Below are positions 30,107 through 40,585 of a stretch of DNA of 64,000 bases, one piece after another. Within the stretch, counting starts at the first letter, position 1; every line of letters starts with the position of its first letter. A program made the translations under genes and the position numbers. The notes under the pieces are model-generated. The model worked only from the letters and a program-made list of their open reading frames with translations, did no database searches and was not told the DNA's origin. The DNA is taken from NCBI GenBank assembly GCA_034520965.1, contig JAXHMY010000001.1:192001-256000 (forward strand), given 5' to 3'. This stretch comes from Spirochaetia bacterium (GTDB lineage Bacteria; Spirochaetota; Spirochaetia; DSM-16054; Sediminispirochaetaceae).

Positions 30107-31688
30107 CACAACTCCTGCATAATTCGGGATAATCCGCCTCGATGTGCCGTCGGTAGTATTTATTTCCACGCCCCCATATAGTCTCAATATCTTCTTCAAA
30201 TATATTGCCCAGAGAATACTTTTGCTGCAGATCCTCACGGCACATGGGAACACTGCCGTCAATGAGAATCGTAAGGTCCCGCTTCAAATGCCAGCACGGA
30301 AAACGCTTGATTGGCGATAAATCGGTCACTTTCCGCTCCGGCAAGGCACCGCAGAAGGAGTCATATTTCTGAACAATCGGAGAGACATGTTCTTGCTGCT
30401 TCCAGTACCGGTAGAACTGATCCAGCTGCTCTTCGTTTTCGCGCATGCGAACCGCCTGCACATATACTAAGTCGGGAAACAGCCGGCATAGCAACTCGAT
30501 AGAGGCCTGGACATCCTCCCACTGCGGTCCGCGTAGCTGGTTATACATTTGTCGTTCATGAGCGTCAAGGGATACAATCCAGGTAAGCCGATCTCCAACC
30601 GGTACACCACCGGCAGTTGCCCCCTGCCCAAATTGACGACCAAGTTCCTGCAGGGTCGCCAGGGACCATCCGACACCGGATGTTTCAATTACCAGCGACA
30701 GAGCAGGTCGCTCTAACACAGCAGTGACAATATCAACAAAACGCGAGTGAAGAGAAGGCTCTCCCCATAATGAAACTCCGATTACGGCATCACCACATAG
30801 TTTTTCTACCTTGTCGACCATCTCTGTCCAGCGTTCAAGAGACATTTCCCCCCGTCTGCTCAGCACATCACCACCCATCTGTGGAAAAGCGCAATAACTG
30901 CAAGCCTGCGGGCAGCCGTCGGTAATCTGCACATTCACATACGCCGGAAGGGTGCGCAGCAGCTCAGGTTGTTCTTCGATAATCCGCTGCACCGATTCGG
31001 CAGAGCTTCCTCCGGCGGCGATAATAGCCTTCAGCTGATAAAAATTACGCCGTGTATCGGCGGTTAAACTTACCCGTAAAAGCCGCTGGTCTGTCGGAGC
31101 AACTTCCGTCTCTAGATCGAAGGCATTAATATCTTTTTGGACTACCTCAAAAATGAAGTCCCGGCCGGCAGGAACAGCATAGCGTTCGGCCAGCTCGATA
31201 AGCTGGGGAAGTGCGCTTGCTTTGAGAATTTCCGGAGTCAGCCCCCGCGGATATCCGTCGGCAAAGGTGTAATCGGCAAAATAGCGCCGATGGCTGTGCT
31301 GCATCTTTTCCAGCAGCCCTGCATCCAGCAAGGGAGCATCGCCCCATACCAGGAACAAGTCGGCCGGACTGCCCTCCGGACTGCTATCCGGGCCGCCTTT
31401 CTCGACTGCGGATTGCATTGTCTGCAGCAGTTCAGCAGCACTCCAGTTCGGTTGACTGTGAATGGAAATAAGCTCCCGATCCAGATACGGCTCCACAAGG
31501 GGCAGCAAATCCTCCCTCGGCAGATCAGTCAGGACTATTACCTGCTCGAAACTCCTTTGAAAGGGCGGTTTCTGCAGAAGATATTGAAAAGCCGTCACCG
31601 ACTTTCCCTTACTGCCGGTTAAAGGAAGCGGTTCCTTCAAGGCGTAAGGGGTGAGTCCAAGGGCATGTATAAAAAGTACATTTCTCAT
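30081..31688 (-). CDS. spiro-SPASM protein (cytidylyltransferase-like N-terminus + radical SAM + SPASM/twitch domain)
   Basis: 'WGDAPLLD', 'YFADYTFADGYPRGLTPEIL', 'KDINAFDLET', CxxxCxxC 'CPQACSYC', 'PCWHLKRD...DG.V.MCRED...LGNIF...CRSCDEYYTYNF'. Confidence 0.88.
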   Translation of the reverse strand: MRNVLFIHALGLTPYALKEPLPLTGSKGKSVTAFQYLLQKPPFQRSFEQVIVLTDLPREDLLPLVEPYLDRELISIHSQPNWSAAELLQTMQSAVEKGGPDSSPEGSPADLFLVWGDAPLLDAGLLEKMQHSHRRYFADYTFADGYPRGLTPEILKASALPQLIELAERYAVPAGRDFIFEVVQKDINAFDLETEVAPTDQRLLRVSLTADTRRNFYQLKAIIAAGGSSAESVQRIIEEQPELLRTLPAYVNVQITDGCPQACSYCAFPQMGGDVLSRRGEMSLERWTEMVDKVEKLCGDAVIGVSLWGEPSLHSRFVDIVTAVLERPALSLVIETSGVGWSLATLQELGRQFGQGATAGGVPVGDRLTWIVSLDAHERQMYNQLRGPQWEDVQASIELLCRLFPDLVYVQAVRMRENEEQLDQFYRYWKQQEHVSPIVQKYDSFCGALPERKVTDLSPIKRFPCWHLKRDLTILIDGSVPMCREDLQQKYSLGNIFEEDIETIWGRGNKYYRRHIEADYPELCRSCDEYYTYNF

Positions 31689-31731
31689 ATTCAGTATATC
31701 GACACGAAACGGCACGTATTTACACCGGTTT

Positions 31732-32835
31732 TCACGCTTCTACCATAAAGACAATATCCTCAGGGCGGGCAATTTCGTCCCGGCGGCCGGTTCCGTACAA
31801 TGCAGCTACTTCGCGGGTGTGTTTTCCCATTAAAGTTTCGATTTCGCGGCTATTGTAGGTGGGGACAGCTTTCGCAACATCATTAATCTGAACTACATCT
31901 CCCTGTTGAAAAACCCCCTCCACCGATTTTATTCCTGAGGGCAGCAGACTCTTATGATCCCGTAATGCACTCAGTGCTCCCTTGTCTACCGTAATTTTGC
32001 CCTTCGGGACACTGTTGAGGATCCACCGGGTACGGGCAGAGAGTTTCTCCTGAGCCAGAAAAAGGGTCCCGATATCCTCTCCAGCCAAAATCCGCTGCAG
32101 AATGCGGGGCTCCTTTCCGTGGGAGAGAACCGTTCTGCAGCCGGCACTGGCGGCGATGGAGGCAGCTTTCAGTTTGGTTAGCATTCCTCCAGTAGAAAAG
32201 CGGCTTCCGGGGGTTCCCGCATAGGCTAATATTTTTTCATCCACCTGTGCGACTACCGGTATACGTTTCACATTCTGCTTCCCCTTGGGATCTCCGTCAT
32301 AGAGGGCATTGATATCACTCAGAATTATAAGCAAATCCGCATCGACCTTACTGGCTACCATTGCACTGAGTCGATCATTGTCCCCAAAGGCGGTACCAAT
32401 TTCATCTGTAGAAATACTATCGTTTTCATTAAAAATTGGTACTACCTCCAGCCCCAGGAGCTCTTCAACAGAATTGCGCAGATTAAGGTAGGATTTGCGG
32501 TTATTCAGCACTTCCCGCGTAATCAGGACCTGGGCTATACGCACTTCGTGGGGAACAAAGGACTCCCGGTACTGGTGCATCAACAGAGGCTGCCCTATGG
32601 CCGCACAGGCCTGCCGCATTCTAATGTCGGTTACCCGGGTAGAAATCCCCAGCTCCGTGGCTCCCATGCCGATTGCACCTGAGCTTACCAGCAGTACCTG
32701 ATGGTCCTGTTTCACCAGCTCGGCAATCTGTCCGCTGATGGTGTCCATATAAGCGGTGTCCAGTGAATTCTCGGTGGTAATGAGGTTAGTTCCGATTTTA
32801 ATAACTATTCGTTTGGTGGTGCTAAAGTCCCTCAC
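31732..32835 (-). CDS. proB: Glutamate 5-kinase with PUA domain
   Basis: 'IVIKIGT', 'VSSGAI', 'AAIGQ', 'NENDS', 'FGDNDRLSA', 'TGGMLTK'; GTG start overlaps the proA stop (GTGA). Confidence 0.95.
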   Translation of the reverse strand: MRDFSTTKRIVIKIGTNLITTENSLDTAYMDTISGQIAELVKQDHQVLLVSSGAIGMGATELGISTRVTDIRMRQACAAIGQPLLMHQYRESFVPHEVRIAQVLITREVLNNRKSYLNLRNSVEELLGLEVVPIFNENDSISTDEIGTAFGDNDRLSAMVASKVDADLLIILSDINALYDGDPKGKQNVKRIPVVAQVDEKILAYAGTPGSRFSTGGMLTKLKAASIAASAGCRTVLSHGKEPRILQRILAGEDIGTLFLAQEKLSARTRWILNSVPKGKITVDKGALSALRDHKSLLPSGIKSVEGVFQQGDVVQINDVAKAVPTYNSREIETLMGKHTREVAALYGTGRRDEIARPEDIVFMVEA

Positions 32836-34130
32836 CCAGGTTCCTCCGTGTTCAGGGAACGATGCAGAAAGGGCCGGGCATTTAACCCACTGTAATCGGC
32901 TGCTTTCTGCCCGCTGCCATACAGTCTCCATTTATAGATAACCAGCCCTTCCAGACCAACCGGACCACGAGCGTGGATCTTGTTGGTGCTTATCCCTACT
33001 TCGGCCCCAAGGCCGAAGCGAAACCCATCGGAAAAACGGGTACTGGCGTTCCAAAACACATCCGCCGAGTCGACCCGGTTCATAAACTGCTCCGCAGCGT
33101 TCTGGTCGGCAGTCACAATCGCATCGGTATGCCCCGATCCGTAGGTATTGGTGTGCTCGATAGCCGCATCCAATCCGTCGACTATCTTTACTGCCAGAAT
33201 TTTATCAAGATATTCAGCTTCCCAGTCCTCAGTCCGCGCAGGTTTTACCTCTATATATGCCCGGGTCCGCTCACAACCCCGCAGTTCGGTACCGCGGGAA
33301 TCCATCCGATCCTTCAGACGGGGCAGGAAATCAGCGGCCACTGCCTCATCCACCAGCAGGGTCTCCAGAGCATTACACACCGCTACATATTGATTCTTTG
33401 AATCGTCGGCCAGCTCAACCGCCATGGGGATATCCGCCTTTGAGTGTACATACAGGTGGGTAACTCCGTCTGCGTGACCAAGTACCGGAATATTAGTATT
33501 GTCCATTATATACCGTACAAACTGGTTTGAACCCCGGGGGATCAATAAATCTATGTGTCGATCCAGGGCCAGCATAGTTTTTACATCTTCCCGGGTTTCT
33601 ATCAGCTGAATCCAGCCCGCCGGTATTCCGGCAGCTTCGGTGGCTGCAGCAATAAGCTCGGTCAGCACCCGATTGCTCTCCAGGGCCTCGTGGCCGCCCT
33701 TCAGCAGCACCGCATTCCCGCTTTTTAAACTAAGGGCCGCCATTTGCACAAGCGCATCGGGACGCGACTCAAAAATCATTCCAATTACACCTATGGGACA
33801 GGTTACCTGAAAGAGGCGTAAGCCTTCGTCCAGCTCACGCCCGCTCAGCACTACTCCCACGGGGTCCGACTGTCCGGCTACTCCGCGCACTCCCCGACAG
33901 GCTTGGTCGATTTTCTCACCCTGGAATTTGAGCCGTTTTAAGAGCGGTGCCTCAAGCTGCTGCTGTTCAGCACGCTTGATATCGGCCTGGTTGGCAGACT
34001 CTATTTTATGACGATGCTCTTGTAAAGCCGCCGCAATAGCCTCGAGGGCGGTGTTCTTTGCCGCCGTAGAGAGGCTTGCACAGCGTATCTGTGCCTGTTT
34101 GGCCTGAGTGGCCCTCTCTTGAATACTCAC
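32832..34130 (-). CDS. proA: Gamma-glutamyl phosphate reductase
   Basis: 'PIGVIGMIFESRP', 'KSGNAVLLKGG', 'IPRG', 'CNALETLL', 'NASTRFSDG', 'GAEVGIST.KIHARGPVGL'; AAGGAGG RBS before GTG 34130. Confidence 0.96.
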   Translation of the reverse strand: MSIQERATQAKQAQIRCASLSTAAKNTALEAIAAALQEHRHKIESANQADIKRAEQQQLEAPLLKRLKFQGEKIDQACRGVRGVAGQSDPVGVVLSGRELDEGLRLFQVTCPIGVIGMIFESRPDALVQMAALSLKSGNAVLLKGGHEALESNRVLTELIAAATEAAGIPAGWIQLIETREDVKTMLALDRHIDLLIPRGSNQFVRYIMDNTNIPVLGHADGVTHLYVHSKADIPMAVELADDSKNQYVAVCNALETLLVDEAVAADFLPRLKDRMDSRGTELRGCERTRAYIEVKPARTEDWEAEYLDKILAVKIVDGLDAAIEHTNTYGSGHTDAIVTADQNAAEQFMNRVDSADVFWNASTRFSDGFRFGLGAEVGISTNKIHARGPVGLEGLVIYKWRLYGSGQKAADYSGLNARPFLHRSLNTEEPG

Positions 34131-34315
34131 GAAATGCGCCTCCTTGTGCCCTTTCATTGTATCCACTACCCCGCGCACATGTCCAGCCGTCTGTCAGGCT
34201 TCGTTCGGCATCGTCATATGAGGCCGGCGCTTGCTCGGTGCGGTTGACATCCCATTATTCATTGTTGTATATAATGAGATACATGGAACATCATTTTTTC
34301 TTCAAGGGAGTTATA

Positions 34316-35453
34316 ATGAACCGAGAACCGAACATCTATATACTTTTAAAGACATTCGTGTAGAGGCCTGTGCGGGGGCCTGCTAATCAGTGCCGGTCTG
34401 CTGATCCCGCTGAACGCCGCGGCTGAACCTGCCCACCACTATCCAGTCACCGTCGAAGATTCTCTAGGTAATGAATTTACTATGGAAGAGGCACCCCAGC
34501 GGGTTGTACTGGCCGGTAAAGCGACTCTGATTACCGCCAATGCATACTACCTGTTTGAAGAGGCCCGCGATAAGGTTGTTGCCATTGGAAAAACTAATCA
34601 GGGATTGGGTAATTTCCTTCCTCATCTGGATAGTGATTTTGAAAAGGTAATAAAACTCTCCCATCAGGTAGGCCCCGAACAGGTTATCGCTCAAAGACCG
34701 GACCTGGTAATTGTCAAAGACTTTATGTACAAGCGCCTGGGATCACCTCTGGCCAAACTGGGAACTCCCGTGTTAGCCCTAAACTTAGAGAGTGCCTCAG
34801 CCTACGAACAGGATATCCGCATACTCGGAACAGTACTCAACCAGGAAGGGCGTGCAGAGGAAATTTTAGATATTTATGACGAGCGGCTCTCCGAACTTGA
34901 ACGAATAAGCGATTCGATTCCCGTAGCTGAAAAGCCACGTGTCTTGATGCTGTATTACAGTGTTCGCGGCGGTGATACAGCTTTTAATATACCCCCTAAG
35001 AACTGGATGCAGACTTTTCAGGTAGAGGCCGCCGGGGGAACCCCCGTGTGGACCGATTCAAACCTTGGAAGCGGCTGGAAAACGGTTAACTTTGAACAGA
35101 TCGCCGCCTGGGACCCGGATACTATCGTGATAACTGCCTACCACAGCGCTCCGGACAACTTTTTTGAAGAGATTATCGACAGCCCTAGGTGGCAGCAGCT
35201 GCGAGCGGGAAAAGAGGGGCGCGTGTACGCCTTCCCAGCCGATTTTTACAGCTGGGCACAACCGGATGTACGCTGGATACTGGGCGCTCAATGGCTGGCC
35301 CGCACCCTGCATCCGGACCACTTTTCACATATGAACATCAAGGCCGAGGTGCGCAGTTTTTATCGGGAGATGTACGCCATTTCCGATACCACCATTGACT
35401 CGCTGGTTCTGCCGCGCCTCGATACTGTCCTTGACCACAACGCGCCCGAATAG
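34316..35453 (+). CDS. Fe3+-siderophore/cobalamin-type (class III) ABC substrate-binding protein (frameshift in signal-peptide region near 34350)
   Basis: Upstream frame 'GLLISAGLLIPLNAAAEPAHHYPVTVEDSLGNEFTMEEAPQRVV', 'EQVIAQRPDLVI', 'VNFEQIAAWDPD', 'WQQLRAGKEGRVY'. Confidence 0.82.
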
Positions 35454-35464
35454 TTGTAGAAAAA

Positions 35465-36487
35465 ATGGCCTCAAACCTTCGTCGCCAGCGCAAAGGACTG
35501 GTAATTTTATTGGTTCTGTTAGCGGTCACTGTGGTTCTTGCCGTCTTGACCGGCCGCTACCCCAGCCCCGGGCTTATCTCTCCAGCCCAGCTGCTTGAAG
35601 ACCCCCTGGCCCAAAGCCTGGTGCTCAACCTGCGGCTGCCGCGAATAATCGCGGCGCTGCTATTGGGCTCGGGACTGGCCGCTGCCGGCCTAGTCTTCCA
35701 GATGATCTTTGCCAATCCACTGGTAGAACCGGGCTTTTTGGGAGTCAGCCAGGGAGCAGCCTTTGGTGCATCAGTCAGTATAGTCGCCTTTGCCCCGGCC
35801 CTTTGGATTATTCAGCTCTCTTCTGCCCTGTGTGCGCTGGTCGGCTTGGCAGTCTCCTACATTATGGCCCGTCACTTCCACTTCGGCGGCTGGGTGCTGC
35901 GCCTCATCCTTGCGGGAATTGCCGTCAGTGCCCTGTTTTCCTCGGGAATAGGGATTGTAAAGTTCGTGGCCGATCCAATGAGCCAACTACCGGAGATTAC
36001 CTTTTGGATGCTCGGAGGTCTGTGGAGCGTCGATTGGCAACAGGCCCGCTCCATTCTGCCGGTGTGTATCATTGGAATCATCATTTTACTGGGGTACCGT
36101 TGGCGGCTGAATTTACTGTCGATGGACGACCGAACCGCCTTTTCACTCGGACTGGCACCCTTCCGCGAACGACTGCTGCTGCTGGTTACCGCCACGGCGG
36201 TAACCGCCGCCACTATCTCCATCAGCGGCATCGTCAGCTGGGTTGGCCTGATAGTACCACACATCGCTCGCCGCCTGTTCAGTTCCGACGGGCGCTTCGC
36301 CTTGCCCGCCTCTATGATCATTGGTGCTATCTACGTAGTGGTCTGTGATACCCTGGCCAGAACAGTGCTGGATGGAGAAATTCCCCTGGGGGTTTTAACC
36401 AGTTTTGTAGGAGCCGGACTGTTTTTAGTACTGCTTAGCAAGAAAAGAATTAAAAAGGGAAAATACCGTGGCGAATCGACTCCTTGA
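35465..36487 (+). CDS. FecCD/BtuC-family ABC permease
   Basis: 'LRLPRI', 'NPLVEPGFLGVSQGA', 'WVGLIVPHIAR', 'DTLAR...GEIPLG'. Confidence 0.92.
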   Translation: MASNLRRQRKGLVILLVLLAVTVVLAVLTGRYPSPGLISPAQLLEDPLAQSLVLNLRLPRIIAALLLGSGLAAAGLVFQMIFANPLVEPGFLGVSQGAAFGASVSIVAFAPALWIIQLSSALCALVGLAVSYIMARHFHFGGWVLRLILAGIAVSALFSSGIGIVKFVADPMSQLPEITFWMLGGLWSVDWQQARSILPVCIIGIIILLGYRWRLNLLSMDDRTAFSLGLAPFRERLLLLVTATAVTAATISISGIVSWVGLIVPHIARRLFSSDGRFALPASMIIGAIYVVVCDTLARTVLDGEIPLGVLTSFVGAGLFLVLLSKKRIKKGKYRGESTP

Positions 36488-37247
36488 AATACAAGATATT
36501 AGTTACCGCTATCGAATGAACACGACCCCGGTGCTGCAGAATCTTTCAATGAGTATCGAGAAGGGTACGGTCAACACGATTCTCGGCCCCAACGGAGCCG
36601 GAAAATCGACGCTGCTGGACATCTGTTTAGGCTGGAAAGAACCGGAAACCGGACGAATCCTTTTAAACCAACAGGATATTTCCAGCTTCAGTCGCCGCCG
36701 GATGGGGCGCTGGATGAGTCTGGTCCCCCAGGATGAGCAAGTGCGTTTTGACTATACTGTATTAGAGTATCTGCTGCTCGGGCGAGCTCCCTACCTGTCG
36801 CAGCTTGAAATGCCCGGCCAGGAAGATGTAGATATCGCCCGCCGGGCTTTGGAAAAGGTGGGTCTACAGCATCTGCAGGAACGCCCCGCCTCTAAGCTTT
36901 CCGGCGGAGAACATCAGCTGTTGATGATAGCCCGGGCTCTGGTTCAGGAGCCCCACATTCTGGTGCTGGATGAACCAACCAGCCGTCTGGACCCGGGAAA
37001 CCGTCAGAGGGTGGTCGACTTACTCAAAACATTGCTCAGTCATGGAGTCACTATTCTGTTCACAACTCACGATCCAACCCTTGCTGCGGATATATCCACC
37101 CATGCACTCCTGCTAAAACAGGGCAAGGTACTCCATGCCGGTCCGGAGGAGGAAGTACTCACCAGCAGGAACCTCTCGCAACTGTATGGAATCAACATGG
37201 AAGTCCTTCGCCGAAAAGACAAAACTATCGTTTTTTCCACACACTAA
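36468..37247 (+). CDS. FepC/BtuD-family ABC ATP-binding protein
   Basis: 'GPNGAGKST', 'LSGGEHQ', 'LDEPTS.LD', 'TTHDP'. Confidence 0.92.
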   Translation: MANRLLEIQDISYRYRMNTTPVLQNLSMSIEKGTVNTILGPNGAGKSTLLDICLGWKEPETGRILLNQQDISSFSRRRMGRWMSLVPQDEQVRFDYTVLEYLLLGRAPYLSQLEMPGQEDVDIARRALEKVGLQHLQERPASKLSGGEHQLLMIARALVQEPHILVLDEPTSRLDPGNRQRVVDLLKTLLSHGVTILFTTHDPTLAADISTHALLLKQGKVLHAGPEEEVLTSRNLSQLYGINMEVLRRKDKTIVFSTH

Positions 37248-37265
37248 AACCAAATATCAAGGCTG

Positions 37266-39028
37266 CTATTTTACCGGACACTCGGTAAAGGAAAAACTAC
37301 GCGTATCGAATAGCCCCATATCGGTCAGCTTCAGCTCCGGTATTACCGGCAAAGCCAGAAAACTTAAAGTCATAAAGGGATCAAGTTCATTGTTTACACC
37401 CAGTTTTTCAATTGCAAGCGGATACATTTCTCTCAGCTTTCGACTAACATACTCCGGCGATTCATCGGACATCAGGCCGGCAATCGGAAGCTCCAGGCTA
37501 GCCAGAATCTCACCGTCCAAGGCCATTGTAATTCCACCGCCAACCCGTATAAGCTCCTGTACCGCAGCGTACATATCCCGGTCGTTTTCACCAATAACAA
37601 TGATATTATGTGAATCATGGGCGATGGTGGAGGCAACCGCCCCCCGGGAAAGCTTATAGTTTTCAACCAGAGCAATCCCAATGTGTCCGGTAGCCTTATG
37701 CCGCTCAATAACGGCCATCTTCAGCACATCCAGCTTATCGTGGTATTCAAAACAACCCTCTGCATCCCGTTGAATTTTACGGGTTGCCTCTTCAGTAATT
37801 AAACTGTGGGACTGCAGCCGGATAACTCTGGCGATATCTGTTTCCAGTTGCAGCTTGAATTGTTCCACCGGAAAGTCCTTTACATTGACGGTTCCGGTTA
37901 CCTTGGAAATATCGGCATGGGGAACCTCAAATTCGGCTTTACGTGAAGCAGCAACCCTTTTCCCGCCTACATACACCTGCTGCACGTTGAACTGCGACAA
38001 ATCATCCACCATTACAATATCCGCCCGATACCCGGGCGCCAGGGCTCCCCGGCCTTCCAGACGATACGCCTCGGCCGAATCGATACGCTGACGCCCATCT
38101 GAACTGCAGTGATCGGATCTATCCCACGCTCAACGGCCAGACGCAAGTGGTTGTCAATGTGCCCTTCTGCTAAAATGTCCTCCGGCTGACGGTCATCGGT
38201 ACAGAACATACAGCGCCTGGAATTATGGGCATTCACCCCGGTAATCAAGTCCGGCAGATTCTGTGCCGCGGAGCCCTGGCGAATAAGACAGTACATGCCC
38301 ACCCGCAGGCGCTCGCGCATTTCATCCAGGGTAGAGCTCTCATGATCGCTGGCCACGCCGGCAGCCGCATAGGCATTTAACTCCTTACCCAACAGCATAG
38401 GGCTATGACCGTCGATCATCTTGCCGCGTGAAAGCGCCAGCATAATTTTATCCAGGATCCCGTCGCCGCCGGATAAAAGAGCCGGATAATCCATTACCTC
38501 TCCCAGACCGAGCACCCGATCTTTTTCGAACAAACCGGCCAACTTGTCCGCATCCAGCACTGCCCCCGCATTCTCAAATTTCGTAGCAGGCACACAACTC
38601 GGCAGCATAAAGTACACCTCCAGCGGCAGCTCCCGACTGGCTTCCAGCATATAGCGGATTCCATCAACACCACACACATTTGCAATTTCGTGGGGGTCGG
38701 CAACAATAGCAGTAGTACCGTGGGGTACAATCGCCTTCGCAAATTGTCCTGGAGAAGTAAGGGAAGACTCAATATGCACGTGAGCATCTATCAGTCCGGG
38801 TATCAGATAGCGTCCGTGGGCTTCAACCTCCTCCACCCCTTCATAGGCACCGACACCGATTATCACACCATTGTCTACGGCCAAATTTCCCTCGATCACT
38901 TCATGGGAAAAGACGTTCACTACCCGGGCCCCTTTAAAAACCAGCTCCGCCCGTTTGCGGCCGGTGGCAACTTCAATTCTTCGCTTCACATCTGCTTTGC
39001 TTATGTTATTTTTGGCTGCTGTCTGCAT
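37266..39028 (-). CDS. ade: Adenine deaminase (frameshift near 38080-38095)
   Basis: 'PGLIDAHVHIESS', 'DPHEIANV', 'PSCVPAT', 'GLGEVMDY', 'DGHSP', 'CTDDR'; C-part 'ERHKATG', 'STIAHDSHN', 'LPIAGLMS', 'LALPVIPELKLTD'. Confidence 0.92.
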
Positions 39029-39181
39029 ATACTCTCCAGTCCTATTCACATTAATTGTGGGTATAGTATAATCTATCTTATAAGATATTTCTACAACAAA
39101 CCGCAACATCATACTTGTAAGAATTGGAATTCAAGGTTACAATCGATTGAACAAAAAACTCAATTGATAGGAGTTCGTGTG

Positions 39182-40468
39182 ATGGAAAAACTTTTTAAAC
39201 TGAAGGAGCATAATACTTCAGTCAAAACAGAAGTGGTAGCTGGAATTACCACATTTCTTACCATGGCCTACATCCTGATAGTGAATCCGCAGATTCTCGC
39301 AAATACAGGAATGGACATGGGCGGTGTGTTTACTGCAACTGCACTCTCGGCAGCAATTGCTACTCTCGTGATGGCTTTTGCAGCAAACCTTCCGTTTGCC
39401 CTGGCACCGGGTATGGGTCTGAATGCCTTCTTCGCCTTTACGGTTGTACTGACCATGGGATACTCATGGCAGTTTGCACTGACCGCCGTTTTTCTTGAAG
39501 GTATCATTTTTATCATTCTTACCCTTCTGAATGTACGCGAGGCGATTATCAACAGCATTCCGAAGAATGTGAAACGGGCTATCTCCGTCGGTATTGGCCT
39601 GTTTATCGCCTTTATCGGTCTTCAGAATGCCGGGCTCATTGTGAGTAGCGAAGCTACCATGGTGGTACTGGGCGACGTAACCAGCCCGGTTACCCTACTG
39701 GCAATTATCGGTCTGGTACTTACCGGTGTACTGCTGGCGTACAAGGTCAAGGGATCGCTGCTGATCGGTATCGTGGCTACCACCATTATTGGTCTGCCCC
39801 TCGGAATCACCAGCCTCCCCTCTGGCAGCTGGGCTCCCCCTTCGTTAGCTCCGGTCCTCTTCCAATTTGATTTCTCCCAGGTTTTCACCATCGATATGCT
39901 GGTAGTGCTGTTCACCTTTCTGTTTGTGGATATGTTCGACACAGTCGGTACTCTAATCGGTGTTTCAACTAAAGCGGGAATAATCAATGAAGACGGAAGT
40001 ATTCCCAACGCAAAGGCTGCACTGTTTGCCGATGCTATCGGAACCACTGTCGGTGCGTGTATGGGAACCAGTACCGTAACCACCTATGTAGAAAGTGCTG
40101 CGGGTGTTGCTGAAGGCGGGCGAACCGGTATGACGGCCTTCACCACTGCAATTCTGTTCCTGCTGGCCCTGTTTGTCAGCCCCCTCTTCTTGATGATTCC
40201 GGGTGCTGCAACCGCACCGGCACTTGTTTTGGTTGGTCTGTTTATGATGTCTCCGATTATCCACATCGACTTCGAGGACTACACCGAAGCTATTCCGGCC
40301 TTCCTTACCATTATTATGATGCCCCTGGCATACAGTATTGCCGATGGTATTATGTTTGGTATGCTCGGCTACGTTGCTCTTAAACTTCTCAGCGGTAAAT
40401 CGAAGGACGTGAACTTTGTTACAATCATTATTGCGATTGTCTTCCTGATTAAGTTTATCGTCGGCTAA
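39182..40468 (+). CDS. NCS2/AzgA-family adenine/guanine/hypoxanthine permease
   Basis: 'FKLKEHNT.VKTEV.AG.TTF.TMAYI', 'APGMGLNAFF', 'FDT.GTL', 'YVESAAGV.EGGRTG'; RBS AGGAG before the start. Confidence 0.93.
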   Translation: MEKLFKLKEHNTSVKTEVVAGITTFLTMAYILIVNPQILANTGMDMGGVFTATALSAAIATLVMAFAANLPFALAPGMGLNAFFAFTVVLTMGYSWQFALTAVFLEGIIFIILTLLNVREAIINSIPKNVKRAISVGIGLFIAFIGLQNAGLIVSSEATMVVLGDVTSPVTLLAIIGLVLTGVLLAYKVKGSLLIGIVATTIIGLPLGITSLPSGSWAPPSLAPVLFQFDFSQVFTIDMLVVLFTFLFVDMFDTVGTLIGVSTKAGIINEDGSIPNAKAALFADAIGTTVGACMGTSTVTTYVESAAGVAEGGRTGMTAFTTAILFLLALFVSPLFLMIPGAATAPALVLVGLFMMSPIIHIDFEDYTEAIPAFLTIIMMPLAYSIADGIMFGMLGYVALKLLSGKSKDVNFVTIIIAIVFLIKFIVG

Positions 40469-40493
40469 GAGCCCGCAAGGGCGTTGCAACGAC

Positions 40494-40531
40494 AAAAAGC
40501 GGGTCTGTGTACACACACAACCCGCTTTTTT
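40494..40531. terminator. Bidirectional Rho-independent terminator
   Basis: aaaaagcgggt...acccgcttttt between convergent genes. Confidence 0.8.
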
Positions 40532-40585
40532 AATGCACATTAGTTTGAAGCTATAAAGTTTGATGCTATAAATTGTACCTATGAA

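Noticed and set aside
39061..39125. Purine-riboswitch-like words (TATAAT...TTTCTAC...CCG.AA) upstream of the purine permease
   Set aside because: The L2 loop lacks the conserved GG, P3 and P1 cannot pair, and there is no expression-platform terminator. TATAAT is more simply the -10 box. An Infernal search with the Rfam purine model would settle it.
38690..39181. 164-aa N-terminal extension of the NCS2 permease in the ORF track
   Set aside because: It overlaps ade on the opposite strand; family homology and the RBS place the start at 39182.
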